From NCBI RefSeq assembly GCF_009914755.1, contig NC_060926.1: a DNA stretch of 64,000 nt; one strand, given 5' to 3'. Origin of the DNA: the human T2T-CHM13v2.0 reference genome, Homo sapiens. The notes below the pieces were generated by a model, which saw only the letters and a list, made by a program, of their open reading frames with translations, made no database searches and was not told where the DNA came from. A program made the translations under genes and the position numbers. Below are positions 1 through 17,066 of this stretch, piece by piece (the stretch's first letter is position 1; the number at the start of each line of letters is the position of its first letter).

Positions 1-1184
<1,184 letters not shown>

Positions 1185-1213
1185 TGAATGAGGCCCAACA
1201 CAAATTCATAAAC

Positions 1214-1504
1214 TTTTTTTTTTTTTTTGAGACGGAGTCTCGCTGTGTTGCCCAGGCTGGAGGCGCAATCTCGGCTTACTGCAACCTCCGCCTCCCAGGT
1301 TCAAGCGATTCTCCTGCCTCAGCCTCCGGAGTAGCTGGGATTATAGGCGCCCGCCACCACACCCGGCTAATTTTTTGTATTTTTAGTAGAGACAGGGTTT
1401 CGCCATGTTGGTCAGGCTGGTCTTGAACTCCTGACCTCAAGCAATCCACCCGCCTGGGGCTCCCAAAGTGCTGGGATTACAGGCGTGAGCCACCACACCT
1501 GGCC
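1214..1504 (-). mobile_element. AluS, antisense, inside MER30
   Basis: Full dimer; TSD ATTC(A/G)TAAACTTT at 1204-1216 and 1505-1517. Confidence 0.95.
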
Positions 1505-1535
1505 ATTCGTAAACTTTCTTAAAACATTATGAGGG

Positions 1536-1578
1536 GTGTGTGTATGTGTGCGTGTGTGTGTGCGCGTGTGTGTGTGTT
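1536..1578. repeat. (TG)n microsatellite
   Basis: Imperfect gtgtgt... run. Confidence 0.9.
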
Positions 1579-2280
1579 TTAGCTCATCAGCTGTCGTTAG
1601 TGTTAGTGTATTTTACATGTAACCCAAGACAATTATTTTTCCAATGTGGCCCAGGGAAGCCAAAAGATTTGTTAAAACTCATCTTGTTTATTTTTTGCCC
1701 CAGCCCTGAAATACCCTTTTCCAAGGAGCCTCGGTCACTTTTATTGAAGAATGGCATTGAGAAACCAAATTCTGGGTGCCAGCTGTGTTCATTGCTGCTG
1801 GGGGAGTCCCACCACTACTTCTAGACCCTCTCAGTCAATACAGCTAGGAGGTATATGTAGGCTTACTAACACATACATCTATATATACATACATCTATAT
1901 GTATTTGTTTCTGTCCATCTATATAAATATTAAAAACCATGAGTTCATGCTGATAACTTTGATTCCACAGAGCTCATTCTAGCTTTCCCCCATCCCTCTC
2001 CTGCCCAAATAAAAGCAAAACACAACCTTTCCTCAACCTTGCTAGACTTTAAATTATGTAGTAGTTCAGTCTTAGTCATTGTCCTTGATCAGCTGGCAGT
2101 GTCTCACACATAGACCCATCCTTCAATCATTACGCTACAGTTTCTCAGGCTTGGACCCTTACAGCCATCTTTGATTCCCATTAACCTTACTCCCATATCT
2201 AATCATGTGCCAGTGCCCCCTCCTTATCTTAATACTGGTATCATCTCCCTGGTTCATTCAGGCCCTTATCATGCCTCATC

Positions 2281-3165
<885 letters not shown>

Positions 3166-3259
3166 ACCTCTTATTTTGATTCCAGCAGGAGCTCCTTAAT
3201 TGGTCTGCTTAACTTCAGTCTCTACAGGTTAATGTCTACTTTACATCCTTGCCATATTC

Positions 3260-3620
3260 AGTCCTTTATTCAAGAAATATTTATTGAGAACTAACAACAT
3301 GCCCAGCACTGTTCTAAGTGCTGTGGATACAGCAGTTCGTAAAACAGACAAAATTCTCTTCTATTGTTCAAGTAGGAAGAGAACAATAAAAATAAATTGG
3401 CAAAACATGTATATTAGATTGAGGTAAGTGCTATTAAATAAAATAATGAAGGAGGACAGGGAGTGCTGGGATGGGGTTATAATTTTACACTGGAGGTCTG
3501 GGAAAGCCTCACAAAGAAGGTGGTATTTGTGTAAAGGCCTGAAATAGGAGAGAGAGTGTGCCATGCAAATAAATATCTGTGAGAAAAGAGCACATTCCTG
3601 AAAGAGACAAGCCCTGAAAT
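3260..3620 (-). mobile_element. L2 3' end
   Basis: 'ttcaagaaatatttattgagaac...gcccagcactgttctaagtgctgtggatacagcag' is the typical L2 terminus. Confidence 0.75.
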
Positions 3621-4199
3621 GCAACTCCAATTATGTTACTCCTTTGTAAAAACCTTAAATGGTTTCTCCTTGCCTGTGGAATAAGTTAAAATCTCCTGGT
3701 AGTCAAGGCCATCCTCAATGTGATCCAAGCCCCTATCTACCTTTAAACTTTACTTCTCACTCTTCCTCTTCAGATACATGCTCAACCAAACTACTTATTT
3801 CGTAAGACAGCACAGGAATTTGAAGACTCTTAGATGAATTTCTGACTTCTGAAATTATTTTTCCTCCAAAGCCCCAATCAAACTCCACCTCTACCTTTCC
3901 ACCCTCACATGACCTTTAACTGTTTAAATCCTCATTGCGTTTATCTATAGATATCTCTCTCCTGGCACTTATTCCCTGTATTAGCGCTATTTGCATTTTG
4001 GTCTTAACCCATCTATGTGACATCATTGTCTCTGTAACCTCTACGGGATCAGTGAAGCACCCTAGAGCAGAACTGTGATTCTCCTGCTTCAGATTCCTAG
4101 TGCAGCCAAAACTTGAGCAGTGTTCCACCTGACCAACACAGTACACCATCTCTCTTTTGGGATTCAGTATACCAGAGTCGTTGGGGCCTTGGGCTCCGA

Positions 4200-4405
4200 C
4201 TGTGACTCTACCACCTCCTAGTGGCAGAACTTGAAAGCGAACAATACTTTTTATGCTGTAAAACGAGAATACCATCAACTCCTACTTGATAGGGCAATTG
4301 GTACGGATGAAACGAGATCATGCTTTTAATGTTTTCTGCAATGCCTGGCACTCAGCACTGAAACGTGATATCTATGCTTATTGCTGTTGTCACTGTCATC
4401 ATTAT
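4200..4405 (+). mobile_element. MIR fragment
   Basis: 'cctacttgatagggcaattggtacggatgaaacgagat...aatgcctggcactcag' resembles the MIR core/3' end. Confidence 0.55.
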
Positions 4406-4415
4406 CATCAAATAA

Positions 4416-4741
<326 letters not shown>

Positions 4742-5708
4742 GGTAGAGTTTGTAGTTCTGACCAAAGCACCAAACCATAAAGGGCTCCCCTCTGCTGCCC
4801 CAAAGCTTCTGTAACACTTTAATTATAAGAAGCTTAAACTAGAAAGAACAGAGGGAGCTTAGTCCAGACCGGGAGTGTCGGGGGTTGGGGAGCAGGAGCT
4901 GATCTTATCAATTTAATACATAAATATTGAGTGTCTACTGTGAGCCAGGGTTGTGCTGGGTGTTAAGGAATATTTGGGTATTTCTCAACATTGAATAATA
5001 CGAAAAGTCTCACTTGTCTCCTCCACAACCCTGCGCATTTCTCACACCGAACCTCATCCGTTTAAGAAAAACTTTTCTTCTTCTACCGCTACATAATTTT
5101 ACTTTGGCTTGCTTTAAATGCAAATGTTTAAACAGAAAATTAAAAATAATCGTATAATAAACACCCTTATTACCCATCACCGAAATTTTTAAAATTAGCA
5201 TTTTTGCTCAAATAGAGCTTCGATTTTTAAGAAATTTTTGCTTAAGGAAAATTAACTAAAGACATCATAGCATCTCTTTCTAAAACACTTTGGTCTGCAT
5301 CTCTAAAAATTAAGGAAAGTTTTGGAAAAAAAATCATATTGCCTAAGAAAATAATTTTAATGCCCCCCAATCTATATTCAAACTTTTCTAATAGATCCAA
5401 AAATGTCTTTTAAAGTTCGTACAAACCCAGGTCCTATCAAAGCTTATATATTACATTGCGTTATATCTTATATCTCTTAAGTCTTTTAAAATCTAGACTA
5501 GTAGCCTCCCCACCTTTTCTAGGTAACATCAATCTATTAAAGATCTAAAAGAAAGCGGCCCAGTTGTCCTATAGAATATCCCACCTTCTGTATTTAACTG
5601 CTTCTTCGTGGTGTGGAAAAATCATTTTTAACTCTTTCACTTCACCCCAGACACAGCAGGAACCAGCTCCTTTTCCTCAGGTCCTCCCCGCCTTGGCTCA
5701 TTGCTCAC

Positions 5709-5859
5709 CTTTCAGAACCTGCAGGAGCAGATCAATCCCCTCTTGGTAACACACCAGAGCCTGCGGATACCGCGACTCCGAATCTAGTTCTACTGCCCGC
5801 TTTAGCACAGTGGCTGCAGCTGTGCTCTGCGGGTCCTGCCTCAGCCCGGACTTCGCCAT
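5709..5859 (-). CDS. MITD1: MITD1 coding exon 1 (MIT domain N-terminus); remaining exons lie left of the window
   Basis: ATG at 5859 gives [50 protein letters not shown]+G (151 nt), followed by donor AAG|GTGAGC at 5708; recognised as the MITD1 N-terminus. Confidence 0.96.
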
Positions 5860-6420
5860 AATTCTGGAAGTTCTCCTCCGCCTCAACCCAGGATGAAGTT
5901 GAGCGGGTCTGCTGCGCTTCCGGGAAGTGGTCATGTGATACCCAGGCGCCTGCGCTCTCTTTCTAGGGACTTTCCTGAGTGGGAGGGATTTCGCCGGAAC
6001 AAAAATGCCTCAGTTTGGAGGTCGCGCTCACTGCGACGGCAGGCTTTGAGTGTAGCACTTGGTAGTTCTTCCTCTGCTCTGCTTCCCTTCGGAGGAAAAT
6101 TTCAGGCTGAAGGTTTAGCGGGTGCCGGTGAGTGGGGAATGAGTGGCGGAGAGTGCGGCATTCTTCGCAAGGTGTATCCGGGAACCCTCTGCAGATCCTA
6201 ATTGATTTTCCCTATTGCGTACTGAATTGGCCGGTTACGGCAACCTAAATGGGTCTGCCCCTGATCCCGTCACATTGGCTCCCGTAAGGCCATTGGCCTG
6301 CAGGATCCCCCCGTTTCCCAATTTGCAGGATCCAGGGCCACGCGGCTTTTTGTGCCCAGACTCTTGGAGCTCAAGAACGGAGCCGCCGAGGCTGGACAGC
6401 TTGGGAAAGGGAACCCAAGC
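5860..6420. promoter_or_regulatory. CpG-rich bidirectional promoter of MITD1 and MRPL30
   Basis: CpG-dense; divergent first exons <300 bp apart; TTCCGGGAA 5918-5926, TCATGTGA 5931-5938, GCGCCTGCGC 5946-5955, GGGACTTTCC 5966-5975, ATTGG at 6226, 6274 and 6292. Confidence 0.85.
6020..6127 (+). other. MRPL30: MRPL30 non-coding exon 1 (5' end approximate)
   Basis: Strong donor CCG|GTGAGT at 6127/6128 within the CpG island; exon 2 has an acceptor upstream of its ATG, so an upstream exon is required. Confidence 0.75.
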
Positions 6421-7152
6421 AGCATTTTCTGTGCTGCTGCTTTATTCATAACTTAGGGTTGCCACTGGGTATTAAGGTTGCTTTTTTTTTTTTTTAATGA
6501 AGACAGAAAATTGCCTTTATCTTTGTATTGCTTCATTTTATAATGCAAACATCCAAGAGTTGGCAGTTAGAATATTTGCCATTTTATTAAAACTGTGATT
6601 TGTTACCATTTTGATCGAGACCTACCAAAAGCTGTTTGTTCTGCCCTTTTTGCCAAGAGGCAGTAATGAGGGCTGCCTACTGCTTGTTAGGCACTAGGAG
6701 TTCAGAGAAGAGACACGCTTCCAGCTTTCAGAGATCTCTGGTATCTCTGCAAGAGTGATTCCATGTTTTGCATTTCAGAAGTGTTTTTCCCCCTTTAATA
6801 ATTGTATACATTGTCGGTTTAGAAAAAGAAATCGATTTTTAACATTCCTGTTGCATGCATGCTCATTGTAAAAAGACAAAAGAACTATCGGTCGCTGGGG
6901 GGGAGAAGGGGGAGGAAAAACGCCTTTTTTCATACCCCCAGGGGTATGTTAACGTTTTTCTGACAACCTTCCAGAGTTTTTCTGTGATTACACACGTTCA
7001 CAGACATTTAAAAAAATAGAAATGGGATCATACTTCTCCTGTGATGCCTGATATTTTCCTGTTTTACAGAAGACAGCGTAATTGTTTCAGGGTCCAGGAG
7101 TTACGTGCCTAATTATTAACAGTAACTTTTACTTTATTAAAACGTATTCCTT

Positions 7153-8130
<978 letters not shown>

Positions 8131-8166
8131 TACAAAGACATGAGAGGGTGAGGGTTAAGAATTAGA

Positions 8167-8462
8167 GTTGGGGGTGGTGGCCCATGCTTGTAACCCCAGC
8201 ACTTTGGGAGCCCAGGCGGGCGGATCACCTGAGGTCAGGAGTTCAAGAGCAGCCTAGCCAACATGGTGAAACCCCGTCTCCACTAAAAATACAAAAATTA
8301 GCTGGACGTGGTGGCAGGTGCCTCTGATCCCAGCTACTCAGCAGGCTGAGGCAGGATAATCGGTTGAACCCAGGAGGCGGAGGTTGCAGTGAGCCAAGAT
8401 TGGGCCACTGCACTCCAGCCTGGGTGACAAAGCGAGACTCTGTCTCAAAAAAAAAAAAAAAA
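8167..8462 (+). mobile_element. AluSx-like
   Basis: Full dimer with poly(A). Confidence 0.92.
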
Positions 8463-8504
8463 TTGATTTTCACTGTGATCAAAATGGACAAGCATTGGAG
8501 GTTT

Positions 8505-9420
8505 TAATTTTTTCATAAATAAACTTTATTTTTGAATAGTTTTAGATTTTCAAAGAAGTTGTGAAGATGGTATGGAGTTTCTGTATATGCTACACTGTTT
8601 CCCCCTTTCATGTTTGGTATACCTGTGTACAGTTGATGAACCAATATTGATACGTTATTAAAGTCCATACTTTATTTAGATTTACTTAGTTTTTGCCAAA
8701 TGTCCTTTTGCTATTCCAGGATCCCATCCAGGATACCACATTACATTTAATGGTCATGACTTCTTCCTTAGGCTCCTCTTAACTGTGACAGTTTCTCAGA
8801 CTTTCCTTGTTTTTGATATCATTGACAGTTTTGAGGCAGTTAGGTGTTTGGGAAGATACTGGAAGAGAGTACCTACATAAATTATTTGGAATTCTTCTGA
8901 ATGGGATATTTGTTCTTTCTCATTAACTTATTCACCTATTTATATTAGTATGAATTTAGGGTTGTTTATTTATTTATTTATTTTGGTTTGGATTATAAGC
9001 CAGTAATACTTTGTTACTTATTTTGTTGCTGAAATTGTTCCAGCTTTGGGTACAGTTGACTGCAGTGTCACTTTGACATACCCCATCGTTATGTTTTTTC
9101 CAGTAGTTCCTTTCTAGCATTACAAAGTGCTCCAGACATAATCAGCCATTTCTCAAAGGAGCACTGGTTCCTTTTATTAAAGAATGCAGCCAAGATCTGG
9201 GCACTGGGTGTGCTCCTTGCCACTGAGTGCTAGTGCTTTAAGTCCTCTCAGCTAACAGAGCTAGCCCATGTATATATGCATATCTGTAATTACTTCTATA
9301 TCCCTCAATAGCTATATTAAGCTAAACATGAGTTCCATTTCCAATCTAGTATATAAGGATCATTGTAGCCTTCCCCTCTTGCTTATATGTAACCTCCCAC
9401 TTCAACAGTGAGAATCCTGG
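8505..9420 (-). mobile_element. L1MC-like 3' end, antisense
   Basis: 'aatagttttagattttcaaagaagttg...ccaggatcccatccaggataccacattac' L1MC 3' UTR motifs. Confidence 0.7.
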
Positions 9421-9827
9421 CTCTCTGGAAGATTTTTGAGCAGAGTGACATGATCTAAGATTTAATGAGATGATTTATTGCTGATATACAAAAAAGATAT
9501 TAGGGGAATTGGAATGGAAGCAGAAGTCCAGTTAGGATTTTGTTGAGATCTAAGTGATCAGAAAGATTTTTTAAAGTGTGAAGCTAAGTATGTTGGATTA
9601 AGTACCTAACCTTGATACGAGGAAGTCTGGTAAAATAATTTAGCATTAGATAGGTTCAGTTGCTGAGGAATGTTTCTGAGGTCTGGCTGTCTTCAGGAGA
9701 TGTCTTGCGTTGATTCTCACAGTTCCGTTGCTTTATCCACATCACAGGAAAGACTTGCAGAACTTGAATGAGCTAGAATCTGCGGGACACTGAATTACAA
9801 CACTTAGCCTATTTTAGTGTGTTAGAG

Positions 9828-10164
9828 CAGAGGTCTCCAAACCCCAGGCCTTAGACCCAGACCATTTGCTGGCCCATTAGGAACCAGATGGCACAGCAGG
9901 AGGTGAGCTGTGGTTGAGTGAGCATTACCACCTGAGCTCCACCACCTGTCAGAGCAGTCCAACATTAGATTCTCATAGGAGCGTGAACGCTACTGTGAAC
10001 TGTGCATGCAAGGGATCTAGATTGCATGCTCCTTATAAGAATCTAATGCCTGATGATCTGAGGTGAACAGTTTCATCCGGAAACCTTCCCTTCCACCCCT
10101 CCCTATCTGTGGAAAAATTGTCTTCCATGAAACTGGTCCAGTGTCAGAAAGGTTGGGGACTGCA
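9828..10164. mobile_element. MER1B hAT MITE
   Basis: Termini cagaggtctccaa...ggttggggactgcag; internal 'agattctcataggagcgtgaac...aatctaatgcctgatgatctgagg'. Confidence 0.85.
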
Positions 10165-10204
10165 GTTTTAAGAGTATTCTTATTAGCTTTGTAGTAATTT
10201 AATA

Positions 10205-10385
10205 ATAATAAAAGCTACTATTTATTGAGGGCTTCCCACATGCCAGGTACTGTTTTAGGTGCTTTGTAGAATAACTCATTTGCAAGACAGGTATTTTCTT
10301 TCTTTTCTGGGGGAAAAATTGTAACGCACGAATTAAGTAACCTGTCCGAGATATACATGTAGTTCATGAACTTAATCTTTCTGCT
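10205..10385 (-). mobile_element. MIR fragment
   Basis: 'gctactatttattgagggcttcccacatgccaggtactg...aattaagtaacctgtccgag'. Confidence 0.6.
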
Positions 10386-10534
10386 ATCAGTATAAGTCAG
10401 TATAGTAGGCTACAGTTGTTTTGTGTGTAATTAAATAAATATGACCTTTTTAGGTTATAGAAGCAATGCGTGTGCATTGAGAATAGTTTAAAAAGTACAA
10501 ACAAGCAAAAAAAATTCTACTTTTTAACAGAAAG

Positions 10535-10752
10535 GTGTTATGATTTAGTGAAAATGCACTTGCCTAGGAATTAGGAGAATGGGGTTCCAGACCACAAACT
10601 TTATTGATAACTGGATGCACTTGGATAAGTTATTGAACTTTCTGGAATTCATGATCCTCATTCATAAAGTAAGGATGTGGGCAGTCAGTTCTAATTATAG
10701 GAGTTGGAATTTCTTCAGTCCCTTCTAGCTCTTTAATTTTCTGTGATTCTAT
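10535..10752 (+). mobile_element. MIR3-like fragment
   Basis: 'ggataagttattgaactttctg...cctcattcataaag...cccttctagctct...ctgtgattct'. Confidence 0.55.
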
Positions 10753-11085
10753 GGCAAAGCATTCTTTATCTGCCTTCATTGTTGAAGAAGACACTTTAAA
10801 TGATAGTAATTTTGTGGAATCAATCTAGGACTGACTCATTTGATGAAAGTGGGATGTGGCTAATGTGTATAATTACTACCTGTGGTTGAATAAAACATTT
10901 ATAAATTAATTCGTGCCCTTATTATATTAAAATAACCAATAATTTTACTGTTAAGTTTACAATTAATTTGCTGCTTAGTTTTTTAATACTAGAGAAGGGG
11001 AAACCTGTTCATTTCCAAGACATAGTTGACTGATGGGTCTACTTCCTACTTCCCACAGCCTCTAAAGAGAGCAATCACTACACTT

Positions 11086-11136
11086 ATGGCTGGGATTTTG
11101 CGCTTAGTAGTTCAATGGCCCCCAGGCAGACTACAG
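11086..11136 (+). CDS. MRPL30: MRPL30 exon 2 coding part (exon 11059-11136); mitochondrial ribosomal protein uL30m
   Basis: Acceptor ttcccacag|11059; ATG 11086; MAGILRLVVQWPPGRLQ; donor CAG|GTAAGT. Confidence 0.96.
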
Positions 11137-11215
11137 GTAAGTGTTTCTTTTCAAGAATTTGTCTTTTCTACCCCTTATGAATTTTTTTTTTAATCATTAC
11201 AAGGCAAGCTAAGTT

Positions 11216-11476
11216 CTTTTTTTTATTTTTTTGAGACGAAGTCTCTCTCTGTCACCCAGGCTGGAGTGCAGTGGCACAATCTGGGCTCACTGTAGTCTCT
11301 GCCTCCCTGATTCAAGCAATTCTCCTGCCTCAGCCTCCTGAGTAGCTGGGACTACAGGTGTCTGCCACTATGCCTGGCTAATTTTTGTATTTTTCATATA
11401 GTCGGGGGTTTCACCATATTGGCCAGGCTGGTCTCCAACTCCTGACCTTGTGATCCACCTGCCCCGGCCACCCAAA
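11216..11476 (-). mobile_element. AluS, antisense, slightly 5'-truncated
   Basis: Dimer lacking the first ~35 nt; TAAGTT(C/A)TTT on both flanks. Confidence 0.9.
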
Positions 11477-12336
11477 ATTAAGTTATTTCACCAGTTCCTT
11501 TTCGAAATGGTTTAGATATTGAGAGTTAATCTTGTTTATGTATGGTTTTTCTGCTGTTTTATCCCTAAAGATCTAGAATCAAAAAAGATCTTTTTCTGGA
11601 AAACATGCCAATAAAAAATGGCTGTCATTGATTCCCCTTGGTCTGTCTTAATCTTAAAGTTTTAGGTTGTTTTTCCCCTTAGATTATGGAAGGAGTGCAT
11701 TTTCAATAATAAAATATTAGAAAAATATAGAAAATCAGAAGGAAGAGAAATAATCTGTAAGAGACCCTCAGTGTTAGTATTTTCATGTGTCTCCTTCTAG
11801 GCTTGCTTTTAGAAAGTGCAGTGGTGCTGCCTAATCTGCTCATAAGGGCCAGAGCCTAGATGAGCCTATTGACCTGCTCCTGGCTGCAGAGGACAACAAT
11901 GTAAGGGGCTTTGTATATATTACCTTAACCTCAGATTAATCCTGTGAGGTCAATATGAGTTCCTTTTTAGAGCTGAGGAAACTGACCCTCTGAGAGAGTA
12001 AGTGTCTCATGTCTCACAGCTGGTAGGCAGCAGAACTCAGCCCAGTGCCTGTCTTCTAGTGGTTTATGCCATCTCTGCAATGCAGGAAATGCTGGGAGGG
12101 AATGATGGGAATGACTGTTGCCCATTCCCACAGCAGTATCCTGGTATGAAAGGTTGGCAGTGAATCCTTTTTCTTCAGCAGCCTGAGAGAAATGGGATTG
12201 GAGGAATGTAGAGCAGGAACAAGAGGTAGGAACTAGGAGTGATGACATTGTTAGAACTAGGAGGGAAACTAGAAACTCATTTTGGATTTCTTTTGTATTG
12301 TCTTGTTAAATGTGAGTTATTGCACATTGTCTAGAG

Positions 12337-12856
12337 CAAGAGTTGATAAACTATGGCCTTTAGGCCAAATTCAGCCTCCCACCTATTTTTGTAAATAACA
12401 GTTTTATTGAAAAATATCCACACCCGGCTGGGCGCGGTGGCTCACGCTTGTAATCCCAGCACGTTGGGAGGCCAAGGTGGACGGATCACGAGGTCAGGAG
12501 ATCGAGACCATCCTGGCTAACACGGTGAAACCCTATCTCTACTAAAAATACAAAAAAAAATTAGCTGGACGTGGTGGTGGGCGCCTGTAGTCCCAGCTAT
12601 TCAGAAGGCTGAGGCAAGAGAATGGCGTGAACCCAGGAGGCAGAGGTTGCAGTGAGCCGAGATTGCGCCAGTGCAGTCCAGCCTGGGTGACAGAGCGAGA
12701 CTCCGTCTCAAAAAAAAAAAAAGAAAAGTTTGCATATTGTCTGACTGCTTTTACCCTGTGATGGCCAAGCTGAGTTTTGGCAATGGAGACTACATAGCTC
12801 TAGAGCTGGAAATGTTTACTATCTGGTCCTTTACAGAAAACGGTTACCAATCCGTG
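12337..12856. mobile_element. MER58A hAT MITE interrupted by AluY
   Basis: 'aaactatggcc...ggccaaattcagcc...tttactatctggtcctttacagaaaa'; 8-bp TSD gtctagag (12329-12336) / gtctaaaa (12857-12864). Confidence 0.85.
12426..12722 (+). mobile_element. AluY-like
   Basis: Full dimer, 'gagatcgagaccatcctggctaacacgg'. Confidence 0.93.
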
Positions 12857-13058
12857 GTCTAAAAGTATATTTATATGCTTTTAGCTTTATATTATGTTAG
12901 TGCTTAGATGGGATGCGTTCACTCAGCTAGGGAGCTAAGATATACCTTTAATAATTATAGGGTAGGTTGGAACAGACTTCTGTTACCTAAAGATTGGTGG
13001 GTATGGATTTCTCTACTGACAGAATTCTAAAAAACAAATGATTTATATCATATTTTAG

Positions 13059-13274
<216 letters not shown>

Positions 13275-13553
13275 TAGTGGGATTTATGTGAATGGTGATC
13301 ATAAAAATAAAACTGTTCTGTCACTTGTGTCACTGGCCTTCACAGTAATGGGTTTTTATTATTTCAGTCTACTTATTCCTGCTTGTGGTTTGTACATGTG
13401 TGTTGGTATCACCATTGTCCTGAGAAAGCAGTGGGTCTTCCTACTCAGGCTCTCACTGTGTCACTCTTCATTTTCACTTTCCGTATCGATCATTGTTACT
13501 TTGGATCTTTCAGCTTTTTCTATTTCATTTCTGTGTACCTATCATTCTTTTAG

Positions 13554-15075
<1,522 letters not shown>

Positions 15076-15159
15076 TGATTTTCTTAAAAGATAAAACAGT
15101 ATTACCATTGACTACTTTGATACCTTTAATGTGCTTGGTGTTCTTTTATCAGAAATCTC

Positions 15160-15455
15160 ATCCAGGTACAATGGTTCACACCTGTATTCCTAGCATTTTG
15201 GGAGGCTGAGGCAGGAGGATCTTTTGAGTCCAGGAATTCAAGACCAGCCTGGGCAACATAGTGAGACTCTGTATCTACAAAAAATTTAAAAATTAGCTAG
15301 GTGTGGTGGTGCATGCCTGCAGGCCCAACTGCTCAGGAGGCTGAGATGAGAGGATCACTTTAGCAAGAGGTCAAGGGTGTAGTGAGCCATGATCGGATCA
15401 GTGCACTCCAGCCTGGGCAACAGAGTGAGACCTTGTCTCAAAACAAAATAAAGAA
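15160..15455 (+). mobile_element. AluJ
   Basis: Dimer with J diagnostics ('ggaggatcttttgagtccagg'). Confidence 0.88.
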
Positions 15456-15596
15456 ATCTTTTTTATTTTTCAAGTCATTGTCTTTCCACTGCTATTCTTT
15501 CCACAACTATATTGTCTTATATCTTTCCATGTTTCTTACTCTGTATTTCTGGAAGGATAGATACAAATGTTGGCATTCATTTAAAATATGCAAGGC

Positions 15597-15810
15597 TAGG
15601 CACAGGCAGGAGAATAACACACACTGGGGCCTGTAGGGGGCGAGTGGAGGGAGACCACCAGGAAAAATAGCTAATGCATGCTGGGCTTCATACCTAGGTG
15701 ATGGGTTGATAAGTGTAGCAAATAGTGCAGCAGATTGCCATGGCACATGTTTACCTATGTAACAAACCTGCACATCCTATATTTGTGCCCTGGAACTTTA
15801 AATAAAATAA
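15597..15810 (+). mobile_element. Short L1PA 3'-end insertion
   Basis: L1PA 3' UTR with AATAAA tail; TSD AAAT(A/G)TGCAAGGC at 15584-15596 and 15809-15821. Confidence 0.88.
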
Positions 15811-15879
15811 ATGTGCAAGGCAGTGGTTTTGATCATCAACTGTGATAAATATGAAAACCTTTAAACCTCATGAAAATAG

Positions 15880-16185
<306 letters not shown>

Positions 16186-16229
16186 CCCTGCCTATCGTCT
16201 GAACTTATTCCTGTATTCTCCTGTATTCT

Positions 16230-16890
16230 CAACTGGTTTCTAGACATTGCTACTTGGATAACTTATAGGTATTTCAAGTTCATATCCAAAATTCAACTCA
16301 TCTTACTTTCCCTCCAAACAACCAAATAAAAAAGAGGGTGCGTCTCTTGTATTAGTTATGTCAGTTAATGCTACCATCCTCTATCTAATTTCCCAGACTA
16401 AAGACATCTGAATCAAGCTCAGCCTCCCTCTTCTTCACCCAACACAAATCCATCTATATTACTGCCCAGAGTTCCCATATCAGTCCTTTTTCTGTTACAG
16501 CTACTGTAGTTCAGGCTCTTAAACCATGGTCATAAGTGCCTCCTAACTGGGTTTCCTTGTATCAGTCTCTATCCCCAGTTGGTTTTATTCTTAGGTAAGA
16601 GTTTTCTTTGCAAATCTCATAGAAACATGGTCCTATTGGTTCTAACCTTCATTAACTCTGTATCCCCAGCGGTAATTTCTAAAGGCTCAACATAGTCGCG
16701 CATAGTTTAACTTCATCCTCTGCATTACTTTTCGTGCTTTTTTCTATATTAGCCACCCTGAACCACTTGCCTTTCCAAAATATTTTGTGCTCCTTCATAC
16801 TGTTCCTTTAAATATTCTCACCTTTCTTTAGTGCACCTACCCCTTCCTCTGATCTCCACCATCCTTCTCATCCTAATCTCTTCAAAATCT
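16230..16890 (+). mobile_element. L2 internal fragment
   Basis: Pyrimidine-rich L2-like motifs ('agacattgctacttggata...gcctcctaactggg'). Confidence 0.55.
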
Positions 16891-16998
16891 CTAGAAAAAT
16901 ATAAACAAGCAAAACTCACCAAAAAATACTCTTAATCTTACCCACCCCGAGATAACTGCTGCCAACTCCTTCCACATCCTTCTTTGTTGTATGTTTTA

Positions 16999-17066
16999 TT
17001 TTTTTCTTTTAGACTAGTCAAGTGCAGTAATGAGGAGGAAAGAGTAGAATACGGAGTTCAATCTGT
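16999..17066 (-). pseudogene. 5'-truncated Y1 RNA (RNY1-derived) retropseudogene
   Basis: 17011-17066 matches the reverse complement of the hY1 3' half (AGACTAGTCAAGTGCAGTA.TGAG...GAAAGAGTAGAA..GGAGTTC.ATCTGT); T-tail at left; TSD TGTTGT(A/G)TGTTTTA at 16985-16998 and 17066-17079. Confidence 0.88.

Noticed and set aside
5860-5934. In-frame upstream ATG giving a 25-aa N-terminal extension of MITD1 (ORF 5698..5934)
   Set aside because: The ATG lies inside the promoter motif cluster (M-box), probably at or upstream of the TSS, and the recognised protein starts at 5859. It cannot be supported without CAGE or Ribo-seq.
5893-6451. ORFs 5893..6201 and 6215..6451 (+)
   Set aside because: GC-rich promoter/intron frames that cross or follow the exon-1 donor; no recognisable protein.
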